Positions 52,517 to 64,000 of a DNA stretch of 64,000 nucleotides are shown here, piece after piece. The position numbers were made by a program, and so were the translations under genes. Source of the stretch: Chrysomallon squamiferum (Eukaryota; Animalia; Mollusca); assembly GCA_012295275.1 (NCBI GenBank), contig CM022679.1, positions 4,774,001 to 4,838,000 on the forward strand, given 5' to 3'. How positions within the stretch are numbered: position 1 is the stretch's first letter; each line of letters begins with the position of its first letter. Below the pieces are notes generated by a model that made no database searches, had not been told where the DNA came from, and worked only from the letters and a program-made list of their open reading frames with translations.

Positions 52517-53989
52517 GCTATAATGGTAATAAAAAGAATAACCATAATGACAAGTGATATCCACAGAAATAGAAATAATGCTTGGGAACAGATATACATA
52601 ACTGAAATTTGGTTCCTTTATTGTCAGTGAAAAGGAAAAACAAAAATAACAAAGAACAAAATGAAAATGAAACATTAAAAGTGTTATATAAACAGGTTTA
52701 TCTATGGTCACTTTATTAACTTTATTTGTTTTTTTTTTTTTTTAAAAAGACATTTAATTACATTTTGTAATTGTTACATTTTTAAAATTTATTTATTTTT
52801 ATAAACAGCCTGGAACCAAGAAACTTCAGATTGCCAGTTGCCGTAGAAACACCAAGCTCTGTGTCCCCCTGTGGTGACAGCGAGGTCGATGAACTTATGA
52901 ACAACCTTGACCTTGGGGATGCAGTAAGTCACTGTTATATTTTGTTATTTTTTGAACCAGGGTACTGCTTCTGGGTAAGTTAAATGATAAATGGTTTCTT
53001 GCTGTTAGACAATAAATTGTATTGGCAAGTTTTTTCTTTTGGATTTGATGAATAACTTAAACTATATAGTGATGGTAGGTAGTAGAATTAAACATTGGAA
53101 AGGAAGATTTTTTTTTTTTTTTTTTTTTAATTTTTTAAAATGTATTAATTTTATTATAGGCTCAAGATAATTTATTTTTTAGGCTTGTGATAATGAAAAC
53201 AATAACTTTAATGACATTGACAACAACAGAAATGTTTTCTTAATTAATAAATTATATTTTACTTTGAATGCAGTAATTTTATTTTAGGTTAATAGTATTT
53301 AATTTTAGACATTATTTAGAGTATGGTGTTTGTAGTAGCAACAGGATAATAAATTTGTTTGATACTCGTCATAATTGATTTTAGACTCAAGATTATATTT
53401 TTCTTCATAAGATTTCTTAAGACACGTAATTAATTTTAGAACATTAATTAATCATAATTAATTCTAAATAGAAGATAATTTACCCTCATAACTTTTGATG
53501 TGTATCATAATTAATTTTTTGATCAAAAATAATTTATTTATCCTAACAACAAATTTTATATGAAACATCACAATTAATTTTAGATGCAAGATATATTTCA
53601 TTTACCCACCACACATTTTAAGACAAATAATCAATTTTATTCTTAATATAAATAATTTATTTATCCAGAGATTGAGATAATATGTTTATTCTTGTAGAAT
53701 TAAAAATTTAATGTTTTTTTTTTTACTTTCAAAGACCAGAATTATATTTCACATTTCATAAAAATAATTTAAATTTTTTTTTTTTTTTTTTTTTCTGTAG
53801 GCTCAGGATATTTCTACATCGAGTTCATCAGATGAGATGCCTTTCATGGAAGACTCCACCAGACTGGAGAGGTGCATCGACGCGCTGAAGGACATCGTCG
53901 GTGACAGCGTTCCGAGAGAGGAGTTGGTGCGTGTCGCATTGGCAGCTGACTACGACATCAACAGAGCACTCAACTTCTTCTTTTCTTAG
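38346..53989 (+). CDS. Multi-exon BTB/POZ protein: lipocalin-like N-terminus, BTB, helical region, second BTB-BACK, C-terminal UBA/HBS1-N-like domain
   Basis: Exons 38346-38387, 38487-38539, 39705-39798, 40226-40303, 40799-40864, 41403-41507, 42503-42755, 43666-43839, 44345-44444, 44954-45065, 45497-45655, 46253-46335, 46728-46803, 47601-47705, 48326-48523, corrupted ~49643-49789, 50081-50245, 51100-51236, 51718-51828, ~52203-52316, 52809-52923, 53801-53989. BTB motifs FSDLVVKADSGREFKVHSVIL..LHYLY and FTDMTFE..VRAHCVIIASRCDWFRRALLSGMKES..FLEYLYSG. First 15 exons splice in frame. Confidence 0.88.
49430..49655 (+). repeat. ~64-bp tandem repeat containing a splice acceptor and exon start (4 copies)
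   Basis: gtttgttttcag|ctaagtt(c/t)tatag with exon-like starts at 49449, 49513, 49577, 49643. Confidence 0.9.
50555..50790. repeat. 26-28 bp minisatellite (tctagagtcacacataaatatatactca)
   Basis: About 8 tandem units, intronic. Confidence 0.9.
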
Positions 53990-55610
53990 CATTAACAGTT
54001 TCTTTAGTGACGTTTTTTATTTTTATTTCTTTTTTTTTTTTTTTTTTTTTATATATAAACCTTATTTTTTTTTCGAAAATGTCGTATTTATTGAACTCAG
54101 GCAATTTGTTTTAAAATTTACGATTTTATCAAGACTTTTTTTTTTTTTTTTTTTCGTTTGTTAAAATAGCGTTTTATGTGTAAAGTTCTTTTTAAATAAT
54201 TTGATTAAATGTTTGTGGTTTTTTTATAAATTTTTTTTTTTTTTAAGAATGTTTATTAATGGCATTAAAAACACAGGCATTAATACAATTGTACATGTGT
54301 TAATAAAAGTTAATTTTGGTAAAATATGGGGTTTTTTTGTATGTATAAAAGAAAATTATTAATGAAAAAACTAAATACAGGCTTTAATAAAGTTTCAAAA
54401 AGTATTGTTGAAAAATAATTATCTAATTTTAATATTATTTTTTGAATAATAAAGTTCAAACTAAATACCAGATGCATTTTCACCAGCATTTATACTTGAA
54501 AATATCTTAAAGTAAGGTATTTAGTTTTTAGTAATGGTATTGTTTCTCTGTAGTTATTATTATAATTTTTCTATAATCATTTAGCATAGTTTCAATTTAA
54601 ATTTAATTTATATTTATTTAAAGAAAAAAAAAAATGAAGAAGAAAAAACAGTGATAAGTAAGAAATGGTAAAGAGTCCATTGATTTATAATGGAACCCCC
54701 CAAAAAAGTACACAAATTTTTTAATCCTTCTGCAAAATCATAATTGTGAAACCTGTGTAAAACCCAAACAGAAAATATTTTGAAACAAAACCAAAACAAG
54801 TTACTTAAAATATAACCTATTTAAATATTCAAAAAGTGCAATTTTTTATATTTATTATTAGTACTTACATTTTTTTTTTGTCACTTTAGTCATACGTTTC
54901 TTTTTAATTGCAATTCATTATATTTAATATATGAAACTGTTTACAGAAAAAAATAGGAAGGAAGAAAAATTATTAACTTAAAACAATTTGTTTCTTAATA
55001 CAAGGGCATTAACTCTTAATACTGATTTTTCATTAGCACTCAACTAAACTAAATTAAAGCAAAACAATAAAATAAATAAATAAATAATAAAATGAAATAT
55101 AAAAAAATAAAAATAAAAAAGGAGAAACCCCCCAAAAAAACAACAGCAGCGATTAAAAAATAAAAGGCAGTAAATTAAAGAATATAATTTTAATTTTTTA
55201 ATAATTTTGTCAGTGGTAAATATATTGAGTTAAACTTTTACATTTGCATAAAAAAAGAGTTTATTTTAAACTTGTACATTGATGTTAAAAGCATAAATAA
55301 AGAATCTGTAAATTATCTTTATTTTAATTACTTTTTCTTGTGATTATGTTCATTGTTATATTTTTATGTTAGTTTAAAAAAAAAGAAAAAAGTTCTATGT
55401 TTTTCCATTCACAGAAAATGTGAGATTTATTTATTTACCTTTGTATACTGTACATAATAATTATGTTGGAGTTTTGTATATAGCTGATTATTATTAATCA
55501 AAATAGATTTTTATTTATTTTATATTTTCAATTTTCGCTTCTAGAAAGAAGTTTGTGATTATTATTTTAAAAATTATCAGTTGCATTATTTCAGTTCAGA
55601 AGACAGACAG

Positions 55611-55642
<32 letters not shown>

Positions 55643-56084
55643 ACAATCAGTAAAAATCAATTGTCCAATTTTTCTAACGAAATTTGGGATTATTTTGCAT
55701 TCTGATCTTTATGTATATAAATAAAAATTCAAAACACACACACACAGACACACTGCTGTATGCATATATTCTCACATATACAGAAAAAAAAGCCAAACAA
55801 AATATAATAAATTATGTTCCTTATGTGTTAAACCAATGAAAACCAGAAATGCTTTTAGATCCTATACTCGGAAGCACAGTTAATGAATGTTTCTGTTACA
55901 AACAATTTCTTTCTGCTTTCTCAGTTTGCTCAACTGCTTTTTGACATGTGGGCAAATCTTTAACAGGCCTTGTAAATTAAATAAATTAAAAAAAATAATA
56001 ATAATAATAAATCGATCAAAAAAAATAAATAAATAAAAAAATTAATCAATAAATCAATCAATAAAAAAAATAAATAAATAAAAA

Positions 56085-56152
<68 letters not shown>

Positions 56153-56702
56153 AAATAAAATCAATAAAGAAATAAATTAATAAATTAATTAAAATAAAAT
56201 AAAATAAAATAAATAAATAAAAAAAAACAGAAGAAGAAGATATATTATAAACCGTTATGATTACTATTCTGTTTTCCTCGCATTTCTTTTAATTTAATTC
56301 AATAGAACTGACTGGGTAGTTATTAGTTGAAAGAATGTTCTCTAAAAACAACCCAGATTTAATGTTTTAATTACAAGGGGCTGTTAGCCATTAACCAGAA
56401 GATCAAACGAATTAAAGAAAGGAAAAGAAATCTGTTACAGAAAAAGGAAAGACAATTGATACTCTTGGTTAGTCATTACTTTCAGTCCAAATCTTTACTT
56501 CAAATAAATAAAACTCTTTTTTTCTTCTTCTTTTTTTTTTTTTTTTATATACTGTAGTTGAAAAATAAGACAAATGAAACTACATAATGGGATGTAACCA
56601 AAATTAAACTCTGTTATTAGAAGTACAAAGATCTTAAATATATTTTATATGTTTTCTAATTATTTTCTATATTGGCATCAATCTTTTAATCTAATTGTTT
56701 GA

Positions 56703-56744
<42 letters not shown>

Positions 56745-59700
56745 TTTTATTTTATACACACACAAATAAACATACACACACAGATATCTTTAGATACACA
56801 ATACAGCAATTTTTCAATTATTTGCCACTTTCTTCTTGTAATTCTTTACAAGTACAAAATGATACCATGTTAAAGAACTTACTTTAGCTGACATCATTTA
56901 TTATTAGCAAAGATTGGTAGTACATCTCTCTGATTACTTGGAAGCATAAAATGTATTTAAACCAGCCATAGTACACATTAATATTTATATGCAGTAATAA
57001 AATTTATTATTAATTTATTTATCTATTTATTAGTTTATTTATATATTATTCTTTTTTTTTTTATCTGCTTCTAAACTCGATTTTGGGTCAATTAATTGAT
57101 TCTGTGACCTGAAGAAAAAAAAAAAAAAAAACACTATTTAAAAAACAAACATATTTATGTAATATGTTTATGTTGATAAGTTTATTATTTCTTTGCATTG
57201 ATGTATTTGTGTTCAAAAGTTTATGATATTAAAAATAATAAAACCACTGACTGTTAAATTTTATGATTAAACAAGAAAAAAAAAAAATGTTATGAACAGA
57301 GATGGTGTTTTGTTTGTATTTTGAAAATGTATGACTTGTGGATAACAATTGTCTAGTAATAACAATAATAATAATAGTAGTAGCAGTAGTAGTAGTAGTA
57401 GTGGTGGTAGTGGTGGTGATGGCAGCAGCAGTAGTAGCAATAGTGGTAAAAGTAGTAAATGTGGTAGTGTAGTAATAAATAATAGTTGTAGTATAATAAT
57501 AATCTGTGCTGTAAAATGAGAAATTCATTTGAAATTCACTGGGTGGAAACTAAGTTTGACTATTTATACAGTAACTGAAACTAACAGTTGCTTCACTGCT
57601 CGTGTCAGTGATAATGGTTGGCACTTTCCTGCCCATTATTTGAAATAAATAAATTTAAAAAAAAAAAAAAAAAAAGCCTAGTAATGCTAACCTGAAAAAA
57701 CTGATGGTTTATTAATACCTTTTAATAAATATCTAACAAGGGAGACAATTTTTGTGTGTGGGGGGGGAAGATATTTCTCAGTTTGTGTAGGTTATTTGGC
57801 AGGGTCACAACTCGTTAAGAATCGCTCATAAATACATTTTATAACAATCATTAGTTCTTTAGGAAGAGTGATATTGTTTTATAACTGTATACATACACTC
57901 CTCACTTAATACCACTGTTTAATGATCATTCAGACTTGCAACCATTCCATACTGTATGAGAATGCTGGTCACAAAAACAAGTGTGATGTCTTGATGTTTA
58001 GCATCTCATCTCATTTTATTTATTCTCAGCCTGTGTCATTCTGACAGTACAAGATTTTATAATTTTCACTCACTGTATTTTATATTCTGTAATACGTATG
58101 ATTTTTCTGCAAATTAAAACAAAGTTATCAAGTTGGAATTTTTTTTTTTTTTTAGATCTTTTCTTTAACTCAGAATAAATAAAAAATACTTACTTGCATT
58201 TACAGAATCCAAAGCTAAGTAATGAATATTAGAGCTGATTTCTTTGGTTCTTGTTTCTTCCAGTTTACAGTACACTATTGTACAAACATTTATAAATATA
58301 CTAAAAATGTTATAAATGGAGCAGAAGTGTATTAAAACAATAAATAAAGATGGCTGACACAAACATGCAACCAGTATAATTTTATGTTTGATGAATCAGT
58401 AAGGGAAGGCTTCTTGATTATTCTTGTTTAGTTGTAGACTCAGTTATTAAATTTGGAGAGCATATATTATGTTTAACTAGTAAATGTATCTAGACATTTT
58501 TCAAACTTAAATATATAGGAATAAATACACATACACAAAGCATTTTTATCTGTAAAATTAACAAAAAACAACAATTATTTCTTCAATTTTTCTTTATTTT
58601 ATGATCACGATTTTTTGCTTTTTTTTTTTTTTTGTTTGTTTTTTTTTTTTTTTCAAAATAATGAAAAATAATGACAAAAATGTTACCATGATTTCATTAC
58701 AAGAAAAGAAAAGAAAAGAAATAAAAAAGGCACAAATATTGACAAGTAGAGGTAACATTATTTTAAATTAAAAATGTGGAGAAATATCTCTTGTACAAGA
58801 TGTTGGGGCAAATCCAGGTGTTATTACAGGGGGGGTGTTAATGGATGGCAGATTTGATATCTAAGACTATCACCAGTATTTGGCATTTAAAAAATTCTAA
58901 TTAGAAATAGATAAATTAAAGGATTTAAAGAGATTCAGTTATTTAAGATCTTGAATTCAGGATCTTTTTTTTTTATAATCAAGCAATTATTTGTTAATTT
59001 TAATATAAAAAAAAAAATAAATAAAAACAGTAATAAAATAAAGAAATGAAAGTATTTTTAAAGAAAAAAAGAAAAAAAAAAAAAAAAAAAAAAAAAGAAA
59101 ATCAATTTAAAAAAAAAAAAAAAATGAAAAAGAAAAAAATCTGACATCTCCCTAAAAACATGCACAACTATTTAATAATTAACAAATTAATTTTTTTTAT
59201 TTTTATTTTTTTCAGTTTTAATGTGGAAATAATTAACAATAGAAACTAATAAAACTTTGAATATTCTGAATGCCCCAGATTAAAATTTAATAACTAGATA
59301 GAAGAAGTAATAATAATAATTCAAAAGAAATTACAAAATAAAAGACATAAAAATTAAAAATTTCTTCAAATAAAATGTTTAAAAATACACATTGTATGGT
59401 CAGAGATGAAGTTGTTTGAGGTAAATGTTAAAAATAAATCAATAATCTTAAATCTGAAAATAAAATGTACAATTTTAAAATATTCTAATAATTAATATCT
59501 GAAAAATAAATTTTTAATTTAAAAATTATTTTCCTTAACAATTAAAAAATAATAAATTATAATAAAGAAATTAAAAATTAAATTTATTCTGCACAGACCA
59601 ACATAGGCAACAACAACAACAATTATGATTATGTTTGATAATGACAGCATTATTTTGAAATATTTATCACAGAAATTTGTCAATTTTTTCATTTAAAAAA

Positions 59701-62340
59701 AAAAAGAAAAAAAAAAAAAGAATTAAAAGGCATCATATATCATCAACAACCATTTAAGAAAATATTAAAAAATAAAGGCATGAAACAAAAATGGTTAAAT
59801 ATAAAATTTTATGTCCTAATTCTTGTCATCCCTCGATTCTGAGGTAGATACTTCTGAATCTAACCCAAGAACAAGATTCAATTAAAAAATTATTGAAGAA
59901 AAAAAAAAAGAAATGAACTGGTACACAAATTTCAGTCCACTTTTTTGACAGTCAGCAATGAACTTTCATCAAGTCCTGTTCACAGAGTCATCTCTTGGAT
60001 CCATAAGAGTGACAAAATCTTCATACATCTGATGTGCCCATAGAATCTTCACAAAGACAATACGTTATTCTCTGTAATAAAGAATCTAGAATTGTCATAA
60101 TGATAGTTTTCAGATTATGTTGTTTGCAGTCTTCAAAGGATCATCACAAACAAGGATGATTGTTTTCTGTTGTTGCTTTTTCAAAAACTATTCTTTAAGT
60201 TTCATCATCACTAGTTCCATTCCAAACATTCTGAATACGTTTTAATGTAACATGCTACGACATGCAATCCACAACCGAACTGAACTTTCTTTTGTCAGTT
60301 ATTTTATCTTCAAAGTCTGTTTAACACTCTTGAGGTAAAGTATTCTACATAGAAGAAAAAAAAAAAAACAAAAAACCCTGATAAAGTTTATCATCACTTT
60401 GCCTCCATCTTCTTATTTTCCAAACAGAAAATATACCACATTTCTTTACACTCCACAGATTAAAAACTGTTCAAATCTTTCAGCAAAGCTATCAGTGTCA
60501 GTGTTCACTTTTCTTATTTTCAGTTCTCCCTAAATAAAACAGTTTACTAACAAAGTTTCAGCACAGTGTTTGGAAGAATCAGACGTCATTTCTGTAATTC
60601 AGTCAACCAGCATCATGTTACCACAGTCCAGGTGATCAGAGGAACTGGACAAACCTCGGTCACAAAACAACAGCAAAAAAAACAGTCATCTGTTTGTATT
60701 TTTGTCCTTTTTTTTAGATGACAATTTTCAGAATAACAGGAAGGCATTATTTTTTTTTTTTTTTTTTTTTTTTTTTTATCTTGGGATATCCTGAATCCAA
60801 AATGTGTCATTTACATATTCTGATCCATATACATGTACTTGCACTAATACTTCATGAAAGCACAAATCTTTATTTAATTTTTTTTTTTTTTAAATCTGCA
60901 GTAATTTGTGTTTCTTAAGCCAGACTTAATTTTCTCTAAAATCCTAACTGAAAAAAAAAAAAAAATCAATATTCAAGAACATTTTTCCCAGCATTCCACT
61001 GCCATTTTTAAATGTCTGTGATGATTAAATCTGACAACAGATTTCATCACTCTTTGAGTAGTTAAGCACAAAATAGAAAATTTCAAAACTTCAAATACAC
61101 AGACATCATCAACATCATAAAATGTTTTTTCTTCACAAAACATTTCTTACATACATTTCTCTCAGCAAAGCAGCAATATAAGAGCAGCTGTACCTGAAAC
61201 TCACAGCAGACCTGAATATTTGTAAGAATAAAATATTTTTATTCATTTTGGATAATATTCTGCAACATTTGAGAAATCTCTTGAACTCTGAAAATATTTA
61301 TCTGCAAGTAACTTGCCCACAATTTCTTTTTCATCTCTTCTTATTTTTCATTAACAGGATAATTCTAATTAATTACCAAAATCTCTTCTTTTTCCCATTG
61401 TCAGAATTTTCCACATGAACTGAAAAAAAAAAAGAAAACCTCATCTTTTTCTATTACCAGAATTTTCTATATAAAAAGCCAACAAGTTTTCTTCTTCAGT
61501 TAACAAAACCTTCCACATTTCATTTCTCTTTTCCTGTTATCAGATTTCTCACAAGGTAGTTTAATACATTTCCATTTCATTCTGTTTTCAGCTTGTAGAT
61601 ACCAATCTGCTGTTCTGACACAGAAAGGGACAGAAAAACATTTCAATCCACAGAAGATTCTTGTTTTCCAGAAATTCTGGATCTGAGAAAATGGAGGATA
61701 GCAGATCTGAGGATTTGAAATGACAGACAAAAGTTGTTTTTTTTAAAACTTTTTCTTCCCATCCTAAGATGAACATTTTGAATCATCTGAATGCAGATGC
61801 ACATTAACTTGAAGGAAAATAAAATTGTAGTCAGTTATTTATTTCTATGGGGGCAAAAATTTAAATGTAAATACTAACTGTTTTTATGGTAAAGAATGAT
61901 AAATGGTTTTTTTTTTTAAATGAATATAAATATATATTAACAAGTCCATTCTTTTTCGACACAGAAATTTAAAAAAAAAAAAAATGAAAATAAAAAATGA
62001 AAGAAAAATGAAAATTGAGGCACAATGCTGCCATTTCTGTTCATTTGCAAAAATGGCAGACAGTTATTGTATTATTTCTGGTAAATAATTGTTTATAGTT
62101 ATTTTAAAAAAAAAAAAAAAAAAAAATTTTGAGGTATATTAACAGGCATCAAGTTTGTAAAATCACAAAAGAAGAAATAAAAAAAAAAACGGAAAAAGAA
62201 ATATAAGACTGATAAAACGAAAAAAAAAAAATGTCTTGAATTCTTCAACAATGGAATTTCAGCTGTGTACTGTTGTTTATTTGTTGCATATTGAATCAAG
62301 ATGGATGAACAGACAGTGGTTTCACTGTTACAGGTGAAAA

Positions 62341-62402
62341 TCATGTGGGAACGAGGGAAGACCGGCCTCGGCGATATGATTTCATGCCCGATGGATTTGA
62401 AG
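62341..62402 (-). CDS. Possible terminal coding exon of a minus-strand gene entering from the right (..SNPSGMKSYRRGRSSLVPT*)
   Basis: Acceptor ttgtttttcag at 62403-62405, GC-rich island in AT-rich DNA; frame and identity uncertain. Confidence 0.35.
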
Positions 62403-64000
62403 CTGAAAAACAAATTTAAAAACATTCATCATGTGTTTTTTAATACAACTGAACACTGTTATTATGGCTTTATATATATATATATATATAAATTTAAAAA
62501 AAATATCTATATCTATATAAATCCTGATTATCTAAATGATGATAATAATTATGATAAATGAATGTGAAAATTATTTTTAAAACAACAGTTCCGATAAGTA
62601 ATAATAATAACAGCAACAATAATAAAAACAAAAAAATAATAAATATTCATAAATATTGTTTGTAATAGCATTAAATTAAAAATAAATGCCTTTTTCCAAT
62701 AAACAGTTCTAATTTCAGTTTGCTTAAATCAAATCTAGGTAATTTATATTTTTTTATTATTTTATTTATTTTAATTTTTTTTAAATAAAATTTTCTTAGC
62801 AACATTTTTACTGCCTCAAACATAAACTGTCTAAAGATGTCACAATTAACTTCTTTCTACATTCCTGCCAGTGTCAGATAATAATTATTTTTTTATTTTC
62901 TTGTATCTATGAAGCATATTTTTCAAGGTAATGAAGAAAATACCTTAAATTCATTATCATTTCAAACTGTCGTTTTATCTATTTTGCCTTTTATTATTTT
63001 TATGATGATACACTTTATTATAAAAAGCAAATTACTGGTGGTGTAAAAGTAATGCAACTTATTTACATATACACTTCAACTAGGTGTGTGTGTGTGTGTG
63101 TGTGTGTTTATTTAAAATAAACATCAAACTGTGCAAAGCACATTTCAAAAACGTGCTACACACAAAATGCAAAAAATATATATATATATATTAATAAAAA
63201 ATATATCATATATAAAATTATTTTCTAAAACATCTAACACATTTTCTTTTTGTAGCAATTTTGTAGTTTATTTAAATAATTTAAATTTTGATTAAAAGAA
63301 AAGACATAATTTTAAAACAAAATAATTATTAAAAAAATATTGTTAAATAAGTAAATAAACAAATATAAAAAAAATTAAATCAAAATCAAAATTGTAAAAA
63401 TCAAAAAAAATGGAATAAAAAAAAACATTTCAAATAAAAAAAAAAAAAAAAAAAAAATTGTAATAAAAATTATGTTTAAAAAAAAAAAATTAAAGAAGAT
63501 AACAAAAGAAATAAGATTAAAAATCTGCAAAGTTTCACTCTTTGAAAAAACTGGAAAAAAAAAAAAAAAAATCTAGGTAAACACAGGTAACACAGCATGT
63601 AACAAAGGTATTAGTAAACAAAGAAAACAGGTAATTGACGTGTGCTGACTTAGATTTAACATTTGTCTTCCAGATTCCAGCGAGACACTTTAGCTGAAAA
63701 CAACAATTAGTTTACATTAGGAAAAACTACCTAAATAAATAAATTTGAAAAAAAAAAAAAAAAAGAAAAAAAAAAGGAGGAAGAAGAAGAAGTATAAAAC
63801 ACCTAACTCCCAAAACATCACATAACAATGATAAGAAATAATAAAAAAAACAATAAATAAAAAAAATAAATAAAACATTGACTCTATATATTGATCTCAT
63901 AATAATAACAATAATAACAATAACAGTAACAACAACACAATTTTAAAATAATGATAATTAAATAAATTAATTTAAAATACAACAGTAATGTACTAAAAAC

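Overview
AT-rich, microsatellite-dense eukaryotic genomic DNA with GT-AG introns, most likely from an invertebrate such as a mollusc (inferred from gene content and repeat style). Almost all ORFs in the supplied track are microsatellite artefacts. By manual splicing I can support five genes: (1) an SLC16/MCT-family transporter (+, 12630-16355, one frameshift); (2) a DAPP1/Bam32-like SH2-PH adaptor (-, 23941-30885) with two tandem 48-nt exons that look mutually exclusive and swap the phosphoinositide-binding beta1-beta2 loop of the PH domain; (3-4) a head-to-head pair of intronless sperm-nuclear-basic-protein-like genes, a 103-aa Arg/Ser-rich protamine-like protein (-, 34266-34577) and an H1-winged-helix protamine-like protein with a 9-Cys basic tail (+, 35951-36523); (5) a ~22-exon protein with lipocalin-like, BTB, BTB-BACK and UBA-like regions (+, 38346-53989, several probable sequencing frameshifts). 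Both genes of the sperm-protein pair end in a canonical histone 3' stem-loop with an identically spaced downstream GAATG and share a TATA+CRE core promoter. The window also holds a degenerate TIR element, local duplications, minisatellites, and possible terminal exons plus decayed coding-like sequence near the right end.
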